NCBI GenBank assembly: GCA_026016225.1
Contig: CP061210.1
Location: 130,000-193,999 of the forward strand
Direction of reading: 5' to 3'
DNA length: 64,000 nucleotides
DNA from: Candidatus Nealsonbacteria bacterium
GTDB taxonomy: Bacteria > Patescibacteriota > Minisyncoccia > Minisyncoccales > JANBVM01
The notes beneath the pieces are model-generated. The model was not told the DNA's origin, did not search any database, and worked only from the letters and a program-made list of their open reading frames with translations. Shown here piece by piece: positions 1 to 8,626 of this stretch. Each line of letters opens with the position of its first letter. Position 1 is the stretch's first letter. The translations under genes and the position numbers were made by a program.

Positions 1-1419
1 GGTACAATCTTAGATGTAATTGATGCCGCAGCCTCAGCTATTAAAAAAGAGGCGGAAAAGGAATCAGATATTGTAAGCACTTTCAAGAAAGCAATAGAAA
101 AAGCCGGTCAAGCTCTTCTAGCAACAAGAGAAAAAATGGAAATTTTTAAAAAAGCTAATGTGGTTGATGCCGGCGGTTTAGGTTTTTTAATTATTTTGGA
201 AAGTTTTTTGGGAGCTTTGGAAAAGCCTTCCATAGTTTTAGCTGCAGAGGACAGGGAAGAAATACCTTCAAAAAAAATTAAAAGGTTTATTCAGGTTCTT
301 GCTAACCGATATGAAGTTGTTTCTTTAATTGAGAATTCAAATTTTGACGAAGAGGAAGTTCAAGAAAAATTAAAAAAATTAGGGAACTGTCTGGATATCG
401 TTAAAGTTAAAAATAAAATGAAAATCCACATTCATACTGACTATCCAGATGAAGTAAAGAAAGTTATGGGGAGTTTAGGCCAAATCCAAAAATTAAGGGT
501 TGAAGATATGGCAAAGGAAGTAGTGGGAGAAGAATCTGTCAGAAAGATTTCCATCGGTATTATTACTGATGAAATAGCTGATTTAACCCCAAAAATTATT
601 GAACGTTATCAAATTGAAGTTATACCTTGTAAAGTTGATTGGCCTGAATCCAAACGCCTCAAAGGTAAGAATATTTATCAAAAAATGAGGAATGTGGAAA
701 AACAAAAAATTAAAAATTTACCAAAAACTTCTCAGCCTTCACCAAAAGAGTTTCTGGAAGCGTATAAAAGACAACTGAAAAATTTTGAAAAAGTTTTATG
801 CATTTCCCCTTCTTCAAAACTTTCCGGTGTTTACAACTTAGCTTGTCAGACAAGAGAAATGTTACCAGAAAAACAAAGAAAAAAAGTTTTTGTTTTAGAT
901 TCTTATAATGGTAGTTGCGGCCAAGCACTTTTGATTTTAAAGGCAATTGAGTTAATTCAGAGCCAAACAGAAATAGGGGAAATTATGCTTGAATTAAAAA
1001 AGGAAATTTCAAAAATTCAATTATACGCATTTTTAGCTGATCCAAAGTGGTTAGAGTGGGGAGGAAGAATTAACCGCTCCCAGGCTAACTGGATAAGACG
1101 GCTTCAGAAAATAGGAATAAAGCCTTTGTTAGGATTAAAAAAAGGGAAGATAGAGAAAATTGGTTTTCGGGCTAGAACAAAAGAATCTTCTGAAGCAATT
1201 TTTCGGGAGATAAAATCAAAAAGTAAAAAAATAAGAAAACAAAATAAAAAAATCAGGGTAATAATAACTCACTGCGATAATTCAAAAGAAACTAAAAAAT
1301 TAAAAAAGAAACTAAAAGAGATTAAAGCAGAAGTTTCCTTTATCAATTTAACGAGTTCAGTGGTTGGCGCTCATATAGGACCTGGGTCTTTACTTGCGGC
1401 CTGGATGACAATAGAATAA
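1..1419 (+). CDS. DAK2/FakA-like domain fused to a DegV (FakB-like) fatty-acid-binding domain; 5' end truncated by window edge
   Basis: The reading frame is open from base 1 (GTILDVIDAAAS...), so the start lies upstream. VVDAGGLGFLIILESF and KIHIHTDYPDEV resemble YloV/FakA-type DAK2 proteins. The C-terminal half has DegV hallmarks (ISIGIITDEIADL, TSQPSPKEF, SSKLSGVYN, VLDSYNGSCGQ). Confidence 0.7.
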   Translation, partial: GTILDVIDAAASAIKKEAEKESDIVSTFKKAIEKAGQALLATREKMEIFKKANVVDAGGLGFLIILESFLGALEKPSIVLAAEDREEIPSKKIKRFIQVLANRYEVVSLIENSNFDEEEVQEKLKKLGNCLDIVKVKNKMKIHIHTDYPDEVKKVMGSLGQIQKLRVEDMAKEVVGEESVRKISIGIITDEIADLTPKIIERYQIEVIPCKVDWPESKRLKGKNIYQKMRNVEKQKIKNLPKTSQPSPKEFLEAYKRQLKNFEKVLCISPSSKLSGVYNLACQTREMLPEKQRKKVFVLDSYNGSCGQALLILKAIELIQSQTEIGEIMLELKKEISKIQLYAFLADPKWLEWGGRINRSQANWIRRLQKIGIKPLLGLKKGKIEKIGFRARTKESSEAIFREIKSKSKKIRKQNKKIRVIITHCDNSKETKKLKKKLKEIKAEVSFINLTSSVVGAHIGPGSLLAAWMTIE

Positions 1420-1430
1420 TATCAAATACT

Positions 1431-2555
1431 ATGTATATTAAAGGCGTAGGAATGACAAAATTTGATTATTCTCAAAAGCCGTGGTGGCAAATGGTTTTTG
1501 AGTCTGCAATGGAAGCACTCAAGGATTCCTCAATGAAAATATCTGAAATTGATGCTATTGTTTTATCAACTGTTTCCAGCGCAGCTGGCGGAGAACACCA
1601 GACTCACAAAATATCTTTGCTTTCTGATTTATTTAAAACTCATATCCCCATTATTGAAACCCCATCTGTCTGTGCTGGAGGAGGGGTAGCTATATGGACG
1701 GCGAACCGCCTTAATTTTAATAATATTTTGGTAGTTAGCGGAGAAAAATTAGTAGATAATCGTAGTGAGATAACAGTGGACTGGATATTGTCTGCAGCAG
1801 AAAGAGTAATTGAACAAACAGAAGGATTACTTTTTCCAGTACAAAATGCTTTGGTCTGGCAGCAATATATGAAAACATACAAAGCGACAATGGATGATTT
1901 AGCTCTAATTGCCTTTAAGAATCATCAAAATGCTGCCTTGAACCCAAAGGCTTATTATTATAAACGTCCAGTTTCTCTGGAAAAAATCAAAAGTTCTCCC
2001 CTCGTCACTTCTCCTTTTCGGCTTATGGATTGTTCTTTATCAGTTAATGGGGGAGCTGCTGTAATTCTTTCAAAGGAAAAAACCGACATCGAAATTGTCG
2101 GCTCCGGGTTTGCTACAGATTATCTTTTAACTTTTGGGAGAGAAGAACTTCATCATTTTAAAGCGACGAGGATTGCAGTCAAACAGGCTTTTGAACAAGC
2201 AAAACTAACACCTAAAGATATTAAAATTGCTGAAGTTCATGACGCCTTTACCTCAGTGGAATTATTTTCTTATGAAGATTTGGGTTTTGCCGAAATTGGA
2301 AAGGGAGCAGAATTAATAAGGTCAGGTAAAGTAAATTTGGACGGAGAATTACCAATTAATACTTCGGGCGGCTTAAAAGCTAAAGGTCACCCTATTTCAG
2401 CCACAGGCATAGCTCAGATATATGAAATTGTCAATCAGCTACGAGGAAAATGCGGTCAAAGACAGGTAAACCCTATCCCTAAAATTGGTCTCTGCCACAA
2501 TATTGGCGGAACAGGCGGCAGCGTTACGGTTCACATTCTCAGGAAGAATGCTTGA
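1431..2555 (+). CDS. thiolase-fold enzyme (SCP-x/archaeal acetoacetyl-CoA thiolase-like)
   Basis: 374 aa. It has a PSVCAGGG nucleophile-Cys region and the C-terminal NTSGGLKAKGHPISATG and HNIGGTGG motifs typical of thiolases. Confidence 0.8.
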   Translation: MYIKGVGMTKFDYSQKPWWQMVFESAMEALKDSSMKISEIDAIVLSTVSSAAGGEHQTHKISLLSDLFKTHIPIIETPSVCAGGGVAIWTANRLNFNNILVVSGEKLVDNRSEITVDWILSAAERVIEQTEGLLFPVQNALVWQQYMKTYKATMDDLALIAFKNHQNAALNPKAYYYKRPVSLEKIKSSPLVTSPFRLMDCSLSVNGGAAVILSKEKTDIEIVGSGFATDYLLTFGREELHHFKATRIAVKQAFEQAKLTPKDIKIAEVHDAFTSVELFSYEDLGFAEIGKGAELIRSGKVNLDGELPINTSGGLKAKGHPISATGIAQIYEIVNQLRGKCGQRQVNPIPKIGLCHNIGGTGGSVTVHILRKNA

Positions 2556-3030
2556 ACTTTTTTAAAAGTTCTTTAAAAGTCTTTTTCGTCTTTTCAGAAA
2601 CTTCAATTAAGCAAATTCCCTTGTCAAAAAAACCATAGACCACGGCGCTGTGTTTTTCAGAAAGCAAAACAGCCGGTATTACCAAAAGGTCTTCTTCACC
2701 ATCTATAAATACATTTTTATTTTCTTTTATTGCTTTTTTAATTGTCATCCAAACTTTCTCTTGAATTGTACCGGGTGGATTTGAACAATTTAAAGAAAAG
2801 GGTAAAGATTTTTTAATCTTCTTTCTATTTATTTTCCCATCAAAGATTTTAATATCAGAAGAAAGACTTAAAGAACAAGAGTCGCCAATGGTAATTATTT
2901 TCTTAAACTTCCTTTCTTTAATAAGTTTTTTATACTTTTTTGCAATTTCTTTTTTCTTTCCAAAAATCGGTATTCCCCAAACCTTTCTCAGTTTAGGCCG
3001 AAGTTCGTCTGGTAGATAAAGTGTTTTCAT
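2539..3030 (-). CDS. DUF359 family protein (archaeal-type GTP-dependent dephospho-CoA kinase-like)
   Basis: 163 aa. IITIGDSCS and VFIDGEEDLLVIPAVLL match the conserved VGD / DGEEDL..PA blocks of DUF359. Its 3' end overlaps the convergent thiolase by 17 nt. Confidence 0.55.
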   Translation of the reverse strand: MKTLYLPDELRPKLRKVWGIPIFGKKKEIAKKYKKLIKERKFKKIITIGDSCSLSLSSDIKIFDGKINRKKIKKSLPFSLNCSNPPGTIQEKVWMTIKKAIKENKNVFIDGEEDLLVIPAVLLSEKHSAVVYGFFDKGICLIEVSEKTKKTFKELLKKFKHSS

Positions 3031-3081
3031 ACAATCTTAGTTTATCAAAATTAAATCATTTAATAAATTAATTCCAAAAAG

Positions 3082-4140
3082 ATGTTTTATCAATGTTTAA
3101 AATGTAAAAAAGTCTGGCAATATCCGATTAAAAAATGTCCAGAATGTTTTTCAGAATTAGAAAAAATTGTAAGTGAGAAAATTAAAGTAATTGGTGTTTC
3201 AAAAGTTAATATCCCTACCATCTTACACCCAAAAGTTCCTTATTTTGTCCTGCTCTTGGAAGATGAAAAGGGAAATCGCTGGACTCACAAATCAATAAAG
3301 GAATATAAAATCGGCGATAACTTTGTTTTAGAATCTATTCGAAAAAAAACAGCCGTAGCTGTCTGGCGGGTAAAATATGATATCTTAACAGCTGTTGAAA
3401 AAGCTATTGATTTGATAGGAGAGATAAAAATTAAGCAAAACTCCAAGATTTTAGTTTTACCTGCTCTTTTGTCTCCAAAACATCCCTATTTTTCTGAAAA
3501 TACCAGCCCCCAATTTTTAGAAGCTATAATTGAATATTTAATCCAAAAAGGTGTTAAAGATAAAAACATTAAAATAGCTTCTCAAAGTTTTAATGATTTT
3601 CCGATTGAAGCTTCAGCCCAAAAATCTCAGCTGCTACGTGTCTGTAGGGAAAACAAGGTTACTCTTTTGGATTTATCTAAAACAAACTTTGTAAAAAAAG
3701 AAAAAGATGGATTTTTGTTTGAAATCTCAGAAGAAGTGTTTAATAACGATTTAATAATTAATCTACCAATATTAAAAATTGACCCTAAGATAAAAGTTAA
3801 AGGAGCTGCAGAAAATGTTTTAAAATTTCTTAAAAAAGAGTCGTATCTTTCTTTAAAGTATCTTCACCCATATCAAGATTTGTTAAGAAAAATAGAAGAG
3901 ATTTTACCAAATTATCTAACTGTTGCAGAAGGAATCTCAATCCAAAAATCAACAAAGTATACCGCTCTCTTGGGTTTAGTTTTTGTCAGTTTTAATCCCT
4001 TTAATTTAGATAGGGTTTTTGCTGAAATTGCAATGATAAAAGATTTGCCAGAGTACCTCAAAAGTATTAAAATCGAAGATGTCCCGATTACGGGAAGACA
4101 GATTGAAGAATTGCAATATGATGTTGAAAAATTCTACTAA
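3082..4140 (+). CDS. DUF35 (zinc ribbon + OB fold) domain fused to a DUF362-like domain
   Basis: The N-terminus has YQCLKCKKVWQYPIKKCPEC (a 4-Cys ribbon) followed by an OB-like segment, as in thiolase-associated DUF35 proteins. The remainder (KILVLPALLSP...TSPQFLEAIIEYLIQKG) resembles DUF362. Confidence 0.55.
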   Translation: MFYQCLKCKKVWQYPIKKCPECFSELEKIVSEKIKVIGVSKVNIPTILHPKVPYFVLLLEDEKGNRWTHKSIKEYKIGDNFVLESIRKKTAVAVWRVKYDILTAVEKAIDLIGEIKIKQNSKILVLPALLSPKHPYFSENTSPQFLEAIIEYLIQKGVKDKNIKIASQSFNDFPIEASAQKSQLLRVCRENKVTLLDLSKTNFVKKEKDGFLFEISEEVFNNDLIINLPILKIDPKIKVKGAAENVLKFLKKESYLSLKYLHPYQDLLRKIEEILPNYLTVAEGISIQKSTKYTALLGLVFVSFNPFNLDRVFAEIAMIKDLPEYLKSIKIEDVPITGRQIEELQYDVEKFY

Positions 4141-4726
4141 AGGGAAAAACATAACTTTGATTACAGCTGTTTTGCCGCGAATTGAAAATAATTCTTTAGT
4201 AATAGTAAAAAATGTTATTTTAGTTTTAAGTTTTTCAATTTTAACCGCAATCTCCTCCAAGTTAAAAATCGAAATTGGCCCGATTCCTATAACTATGCAG
4301 ACATTGGTGGTTCTTTTAAGCGGAGCTTTATTAGGAAAAAAGAGAGGAACAGCGTCTCAGATTACTTATCTTTTTTTGGGTTTAATTGGTCTCCCCTGGT
4401 TTTCCAGAGGAGGAGGAATAGCTTATATCTTAAGCCCAACTTTTGGTTATATTTTAGGCTTTATATTAGCTGCTTATTTAGTCGGAGCTCTGTTCGAAAA
4501 GGGATGGGGTAAAAATATAATTTCGGCTTTTTTTGTAATGCTGATTGGAAATTATCTAATTTATATTCCCGGCCTTTTGTGGTTAGGAAACTTTATAGAA
4601 CCTTCAAGAATATTAATAATTGGTCTTTACCCTTTCATTTTCGGAGACCTTTTAAAAATATTTTTGGGAGGAATTATCTTATCTTTCAGCTGGAAAACTA
4701 TTAGCAAAAACAATAAAGTCGTATAA
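4118..4726 (+). CDS. bioY: biotin transporter BioY
   Basis: PIPITMQTLVVLLSGALLG and GYILGFILAAY are typical BioY blocks. The start was moved to the ATG at 4118, because the track start at 4079 overlaps the upstream gene. Confidence 0.8.
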   Translation: MMLKNSTKGKNITLITAVLPRIENNSLVIVKNVILVLSFSILTAISSKLKIEIGPIPITMQTLVVLLSGALLGKKRGTASQITYLFLGLIGLPWFSRGGGIAYILSPTFGYILGFILAAYLVGALFEKGWGKNIISAFFVMLIGNYLIYIPGLLWLGNFIEPSRILIIGLYPFIFGDLLKIFLGGIILSFSWKTISKNNKVV

Positions 4727-4762
4727 GCTGAATATAGTTAAAATTATTAATTTTAATTTATT

Positions 4763-5503
4763 ATGTTAGAAGAAAAAGTAGTTCTTATTACGGGTTCTGC
4801 CCAAGGAATCGGCAGGGCAATTGCTTTAAAGTTTGCTTCTTTGAAAACCAGAATTGCTTTAAACGACATTCAAACCCAGGAAGAAAATTTAAAAAAACTA
4901 AAAGAAGAAATCGAAAAAAAGAACACAAAAGCTCAATATTTTTTAGCCGATGTTTCAAGATTAGAAGAGGTTGAAGAAATGATTCAAAAAATAGAAGCAG
5001 AATTTGGAAGATTAGATATTTTGGTTAACAATGCCGGAATTTGTAAAGACAAAACTTTAGCAAAAATGACAAAAGAGGAATGGCAGAAAGTAATTGATAT
5101 AGACTTAACCGGTGTATTTAACTGCACCAAAGCCAGCTTACCATTAATTATCCAAAATCAAGGAAAGATTATTAATGTTTCTTCTGTGGTCGGACAAAGA
5201 GGAAATTTTGGTCAAACAAACTATGCAGCAGCTAAAGCAGGAATAATTGGCTTTACTAAATCTTTATCTAAAGAAATAGGAAGGTTCGGAGTAACCGTAA
5301 ATGCTATTGCTCCAGGTTTTATTGAAACTAAACTTAGTGAAAATTTGTCAGATGAACTAAAGGTGATGATTAAAAAGTTAACTTCTTTGGGTAGATTTGG
5401 TAAACCAGAAGAAGTAGCTGAATTAGTTGCTTTTTTAGCTTCAGAAAATTCAAATTTTATAACCGGAGCTGTTATTAATATTGATGGTGGATTATCAATA
5501 TGA
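4763..5503 (+). CDS. fabG: 3-oxoacyl reductase (SDR, FabG-like)
   Basis: TGSAQGIGRA cofactor motif, NNAG, and YAAAKAG catalytic YxxxK; 246 aa. Confidence 0.85.
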   Translation: MLEEKVVLITGSAQGIGRAIALKFASLKTRIALNDIQTQEENLKKLKEEIEKKNTKAQYFLADVSRLEEVEEMIQKIEAEFGRLDILVNNAGICKDKTLAKMTKEEWQKVIDIDLTGVFNCTKASLPLIIQNQGKIINVSSVVGQRGNFGQTNYAAAKAGIIGFTKSLSKEIGRFGVTVNAIAPGFIETKLSENLSDELKVMIKKLTSLGRFGKPEEVAELVAFLASENSNFITGAVINIDGGLSI

Positions 5504-6993
5504 TGCTAAATAAAGACCAAATTAAAGAAATTATCCCTTATACAGAGCCTTTTTTATGGGTAGATGAAATAGAGAGCATCGAGGGTAACCTCATAATTGG
5601 TTATAAATATACCTCTCTGAAAGACTCTTATTTTAAGGGGCATTTTGTTGACTTTCCTATAATGCCTGGCGTATTGGTTATAGAAGGAATTGCCCAAACA
5701 GCAACTATTCTCTTAAGAAAAAAAATTGGTAAAATTCATAAACAAAAACATCTTTTAGCCCATCAGGTTAGAAGTGCTTTTTTTTATAAACCAATTTTTC
5801 CCGGGGATAAAATAAGGTATGAAGTTGAGCTTTTGGGATTTTATGGATATAAGATTGCTAATTTTAAAGGAGAAGCTTTTGTCGGAGATGAAAAAAAATG
5901 TGAAGTAAGATTTACAATTGCTGTTATAGAAAAAAAAGGATTTAAAGAAAAATACCAACAAAAAAAACAAGAAAAATCCCTACCTCAAACCAAATTGCCT
6001 CCTTTAAGAATTGGAGGACTTTTTGCAAAAATTCCAATTATTCAAGGTGGTATGGCAGTAAGAGTCTCATTGCATAATTTAGCCGGTAATGTGGCCAAAC
6101 AGGGAGCCGTAGGCATTATTGCTGTTTCTGGAATGAATAATCCTAATGAAGTTAAATCAGAAATAAAAAAAGCCAGGAAAATTGCAGGACCTAAAGGAAT
6201 TATTGGAATTAATATTATGGGAGTAGTAAGTCACTTTATTGAATTGGTAAAAGCTGCTATGGAAGAAAAAATTAATTTAGTCATCCAGGGAGCAGGATTT
6301 AGAAAAGATATCTTTGACTTGGGAGGAAAATATAATATTCCCATATTTTCAATGGCTTCTTCTGTCAGGGTTGCCAAAAAAGGAGAAGCTATGGGGGCAG
6401 AGGCAATAGTTGTTGAAGGAATGGAGGCCGGCGGTCATCTTGGTTTTCCAGAAAGTCACCCTTTTAGAAAAACAATTGATATTGTAAGAGAAGTTGTAAA
6501 AGCAGTAAAAACTCCGGTGATTGCAGCTGGAGGCATATTCAATGGAAAAGACATTGTAGAAATGTTAAGAGCGGGGGCTAAGGGAGTCCAGATGGCAACA
6601 AGGTTTGTTTCTACAAAAGAATGTGATGTTCATCAAAATTTTAAAGAGGCGCACCTGAAAGCAAAAAAAGAAGACGTTGTAATTATTCACTCTCCCGTGG
6701 GGCTTCCCGGCAGAGCAATCAAAAATACTTTGGTTGAAAAAATCTTAAAAGGGAAAGCTCCAAAACCAGACTTGAGAAAATGTCGGGGTTGTATAGGAAT
6801 GATTTGCGATAAAAGCTACTGCATCTTGGAAGTTTTAGAAAAAGCCCGTAAGGGTGACGTAGAAAATGGATTAATCTTTGCAGGTTCTAATGTCTGGAGA
6901 GTTAATAAAATAGTTTCTGTGAAAGAACTAATCCAGGAGTTAGTAAGGGAGGCTAACGAGATTTTAAAACATAAACCCTTAATGGAGTATTAA
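5500..6993 (+). CDS. FabZ-like hotdog dehydratase fused to FabK/nitronate-monooxygenase-like enoyl reductase domain
   Basis: The N-terminal roughly 140 aa carry GHFVDFPIMPGVLVIEGIAQ (FabZ/FabA signature). The C-terminal part has IIQGGMA, VVEGMEAGGHLG and AAGGI motifs of the FMN TIM-barrel FabK/NMO family. Confidence 0.7.
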   Translation: MMLNKDQIKEIIPYTEPFLWVDEIESIEGNLIIGYKYTSLKDSYFKGHFVDFPIMPGVLVIEGIAQTATILLRKKIGKIHKQKHLLAHQVRSAFFYKPIFPGDKIRYEVELLGFYGYKIANFKGEAFVGDEKKCEVRFTIAVIEKKGFKEKYQQKKQEKSLPQTKLPPLRIGGLFAKIPIIQGGMAVRVSLHNLAGNVAKQGAVGIIAVSGMNNPNEVKSEIKKARKIAGPKGIIGINIMGVVSHFIELVKAAMEEKINLVIQGAGFRKDIFDLGGKYNIPIFSMASSVRVAKKGEAMGAEAIVVEGMEAGGHLGFPESHPFRKTIDIVREVVKAVKTPVIAAGGIFNGKDIVEMLRAGAKGVQMATRFVSTKECDVHQNFKEAHLKAKKEDVVIIHSPVGLPGRAIKNTLVEKILKGKAPKPDLRKCRGCIGMICDKSYCILEVLEKARKGDVENGLIFAGSNVWRVNKIVSVKELIQELVREANEILKHKPLMEY

Positions 6994-7013
6994 AAATTAT
7001 TTTTAGAATTTTT

Positions 7014-7952
7014 ATGATAGGAACCAAACTCACCAAACTCTTAAATATTAAATATCCCATAATCCAGGGGGGGATGGCTGGAATTTCAGATTCAATTTTA
7101 GTTTCTGCTGTTTCTAATGCCGGAGGATTAGGGGTAATTGGTTCTGGTTTTCTTCCTCCAAAATGGTTAGAGGAAGAAATTAAAAAAACCAAAGAATTAA
7201 CTGATAAACCTTTTGGAGTTAATCTTTTAATGAGAAACCCGAAAGTAGCAGAATTAGCAAAAATTGTAATTCGAGAAAAAATTCCTGTTATTTTTACCGG
7301 AGGAGGAAATCCCCTTCCTTTATTTCCTCATTTAAAAAAGGTTGGTATTAAAGTTATTCCTGTAGTCGCCTTATCAAGATTAGCTAAAAAAATGGAAGAT
7401 AGCTATGCTGATGCTGTAGTAGTGGAAGGTTTTGAATCCGGAGGCCATATTGGCAGAGTGACAACAATAGCTTTGGTCCCTCAGACAAAAAAATTAATAG
7501 AAAAAATTCCTTTAATTGCTGCAGGCGGCATCTATGATGCAAAAACTGCTTTAGCTTGCTTTATCCTGGGAGCTGACGGCATTCAGATGGGCACAAGATT
7601 CTTAGTAAGCAAGGAATGTCAGATTCATGAGAATTATAAAAAAGCTGTTCTGGAAGCAACAGATGAAAATATCATCGTAGCAGCAAGGTTCACTGGTTAT
7701 CCGGTAAGAGCGATAGAAAATGAATTAACAAAAAGGGTTCAGAAGCTGGAAGAAAAAAATCCTTTCCCGGAAGAGATAAGGGCAGATAGATTCTCCAGCT
7801 CAAAAATAGAAAGCGGAAATATAGAGCAAGCTCCTCTTCTTTGCGGGCTTTGTGCTGGAGGAATTTCAAAGATAAAAAGCTGTAAAGAAATAATAGAGGA
7901 AATTATGGAAGGTTCAAAGAAAATAATAAAAGAAGTAGATAAAGATTTATAA
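7014..7952 (+). CDS. fabK: enoyl reductase II (FabK / NMO family)
   Basis: IIQGGMAGIS, VVEGFESGGHIG and AAGGIYD motifs; 312 aa. Confidence 0.75.
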   Translation: MIGTKLTKLLNIKYPIIQGGMAGISDSILVSAVSNAGGLGVIGSGFLPPKWLEEEIKKTKELTDKPFGVNLLMRNPKVAELAKIVIREKIPVIFTGGGNPLPLFPHLKKVGIKVIPVVALSRLAKKMEDSYADAVVVEGFESGGHIGRVTTIALVPQTKKLIEKIPLIAAGGIYDAKTALACFILGADGIQMGTRFLVSKECQIHENYKKAVLEATDENIIVAARFTGYPVRAIENELTKRVQKLEEKNPFPEEIRADRFSSSKIESGNIEQAPLLCGLCAGGISKIKSCKEIIEEIMEGSKKIIKEVDKDL

Positions 7953-7962
7953 GCTAAAGAGT

Positions 7963-8625
7963 ATGAACAGAGCAGTCTCTTGGTTTTGTAAAATATTTCT
8001 TGCTCCCATTGTCAAAAAACTATTAATAAAAGAAGTGGAAGGATGGAAAAACATTCCTAAAGGAAATTTTATCTTAGCTACAAATCATCAAAGTCATTTA
8101 GATGAGTTAGCTACCGGCTATGTCTGTGTTCCAAGACGGTATCACTTCATTGGTCAAACAGATAGTTACACAGGTCCTACCAAATTTTTACTCTATATTT
8201 TATATTTTATTGCCGGGGTAATTCCTTTAAACAGGAAATGTGAAGAATCAAAAAAAAGAGCAGTAAAAAAAGCAATCGAAGTTTTGAAAAAGGGAGATAT
8301 TTTAATAATTTATCCTGAGGGCACAAGAACAAGAACGGGGAAAATAGGAAGGGGTAAGTGGGGAACAGCCAGGATTTTTTTAAAAACAGGTGTCCCGATA
8401 TTGCCGGCAGGTATTAAGGGAACCTTTGAACTTATGCCTCCTGGAAAAAAATTTAAAATAAAAAAAATAATTAAAATTAACATTGGAAAACCTCTTTATT
8501 TTAAAGAAGAATTTGAAAAAGCAAAAAACTTAAATAAAAACTCAAAAGAGTATAGGTTCTTGCTTCAGAAAATAACTAATAAGATAATGGGAGAAATATC
8601 TAATTTGCAAAAAAGCATAAAATAA
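7963..8625 (+). CDS. plsC: 1-acyl-sn-glycerol-3-phosphate acyltransferase
   Basis: NHQSHLDE (HX4D) and YPEGTRT acyltransferase motifs. Confidence 0.8.
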   Translation: MNRAVSWFCKIFLAPIVKKLLIKEVEGWKNIPKGNFILATNHQSHLDELATGYVCVPRRYHFIGQTDSYTGPTKFLLYILYFIAGVIPLNRKCEESKKRAVKKAIEVLKKGDILIIYPEGTRTRTGKIGRGKWGTARIFLKTGVPILPAGIKGTFELMPPGKKFKIKKIIKINIGKPLYFKEEFEKAKNLNKNSKEYRFLLQKITNKIMGEISNLQKSIK

Positions 8626-8626
8626 T

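Noticed and set aside
710-946. The ORF track lists many short antisense or overlapping ORFs. Examples are 710-946, 1640-1882, 4006-4260, 5755-5970, 6953-7192, 9497-9745, 11704-12033, 21339-21587, 33506-33786, 43184-43519 and 52629-52895.
   Set aside because: Each lies entirely inside a longer ORF with clear family motifs on the other strand or in another frame. They have low-complexity, F/L/S/K-rich translations typical of shadow ORFs in AT-rich DNA, and none has independent signals.
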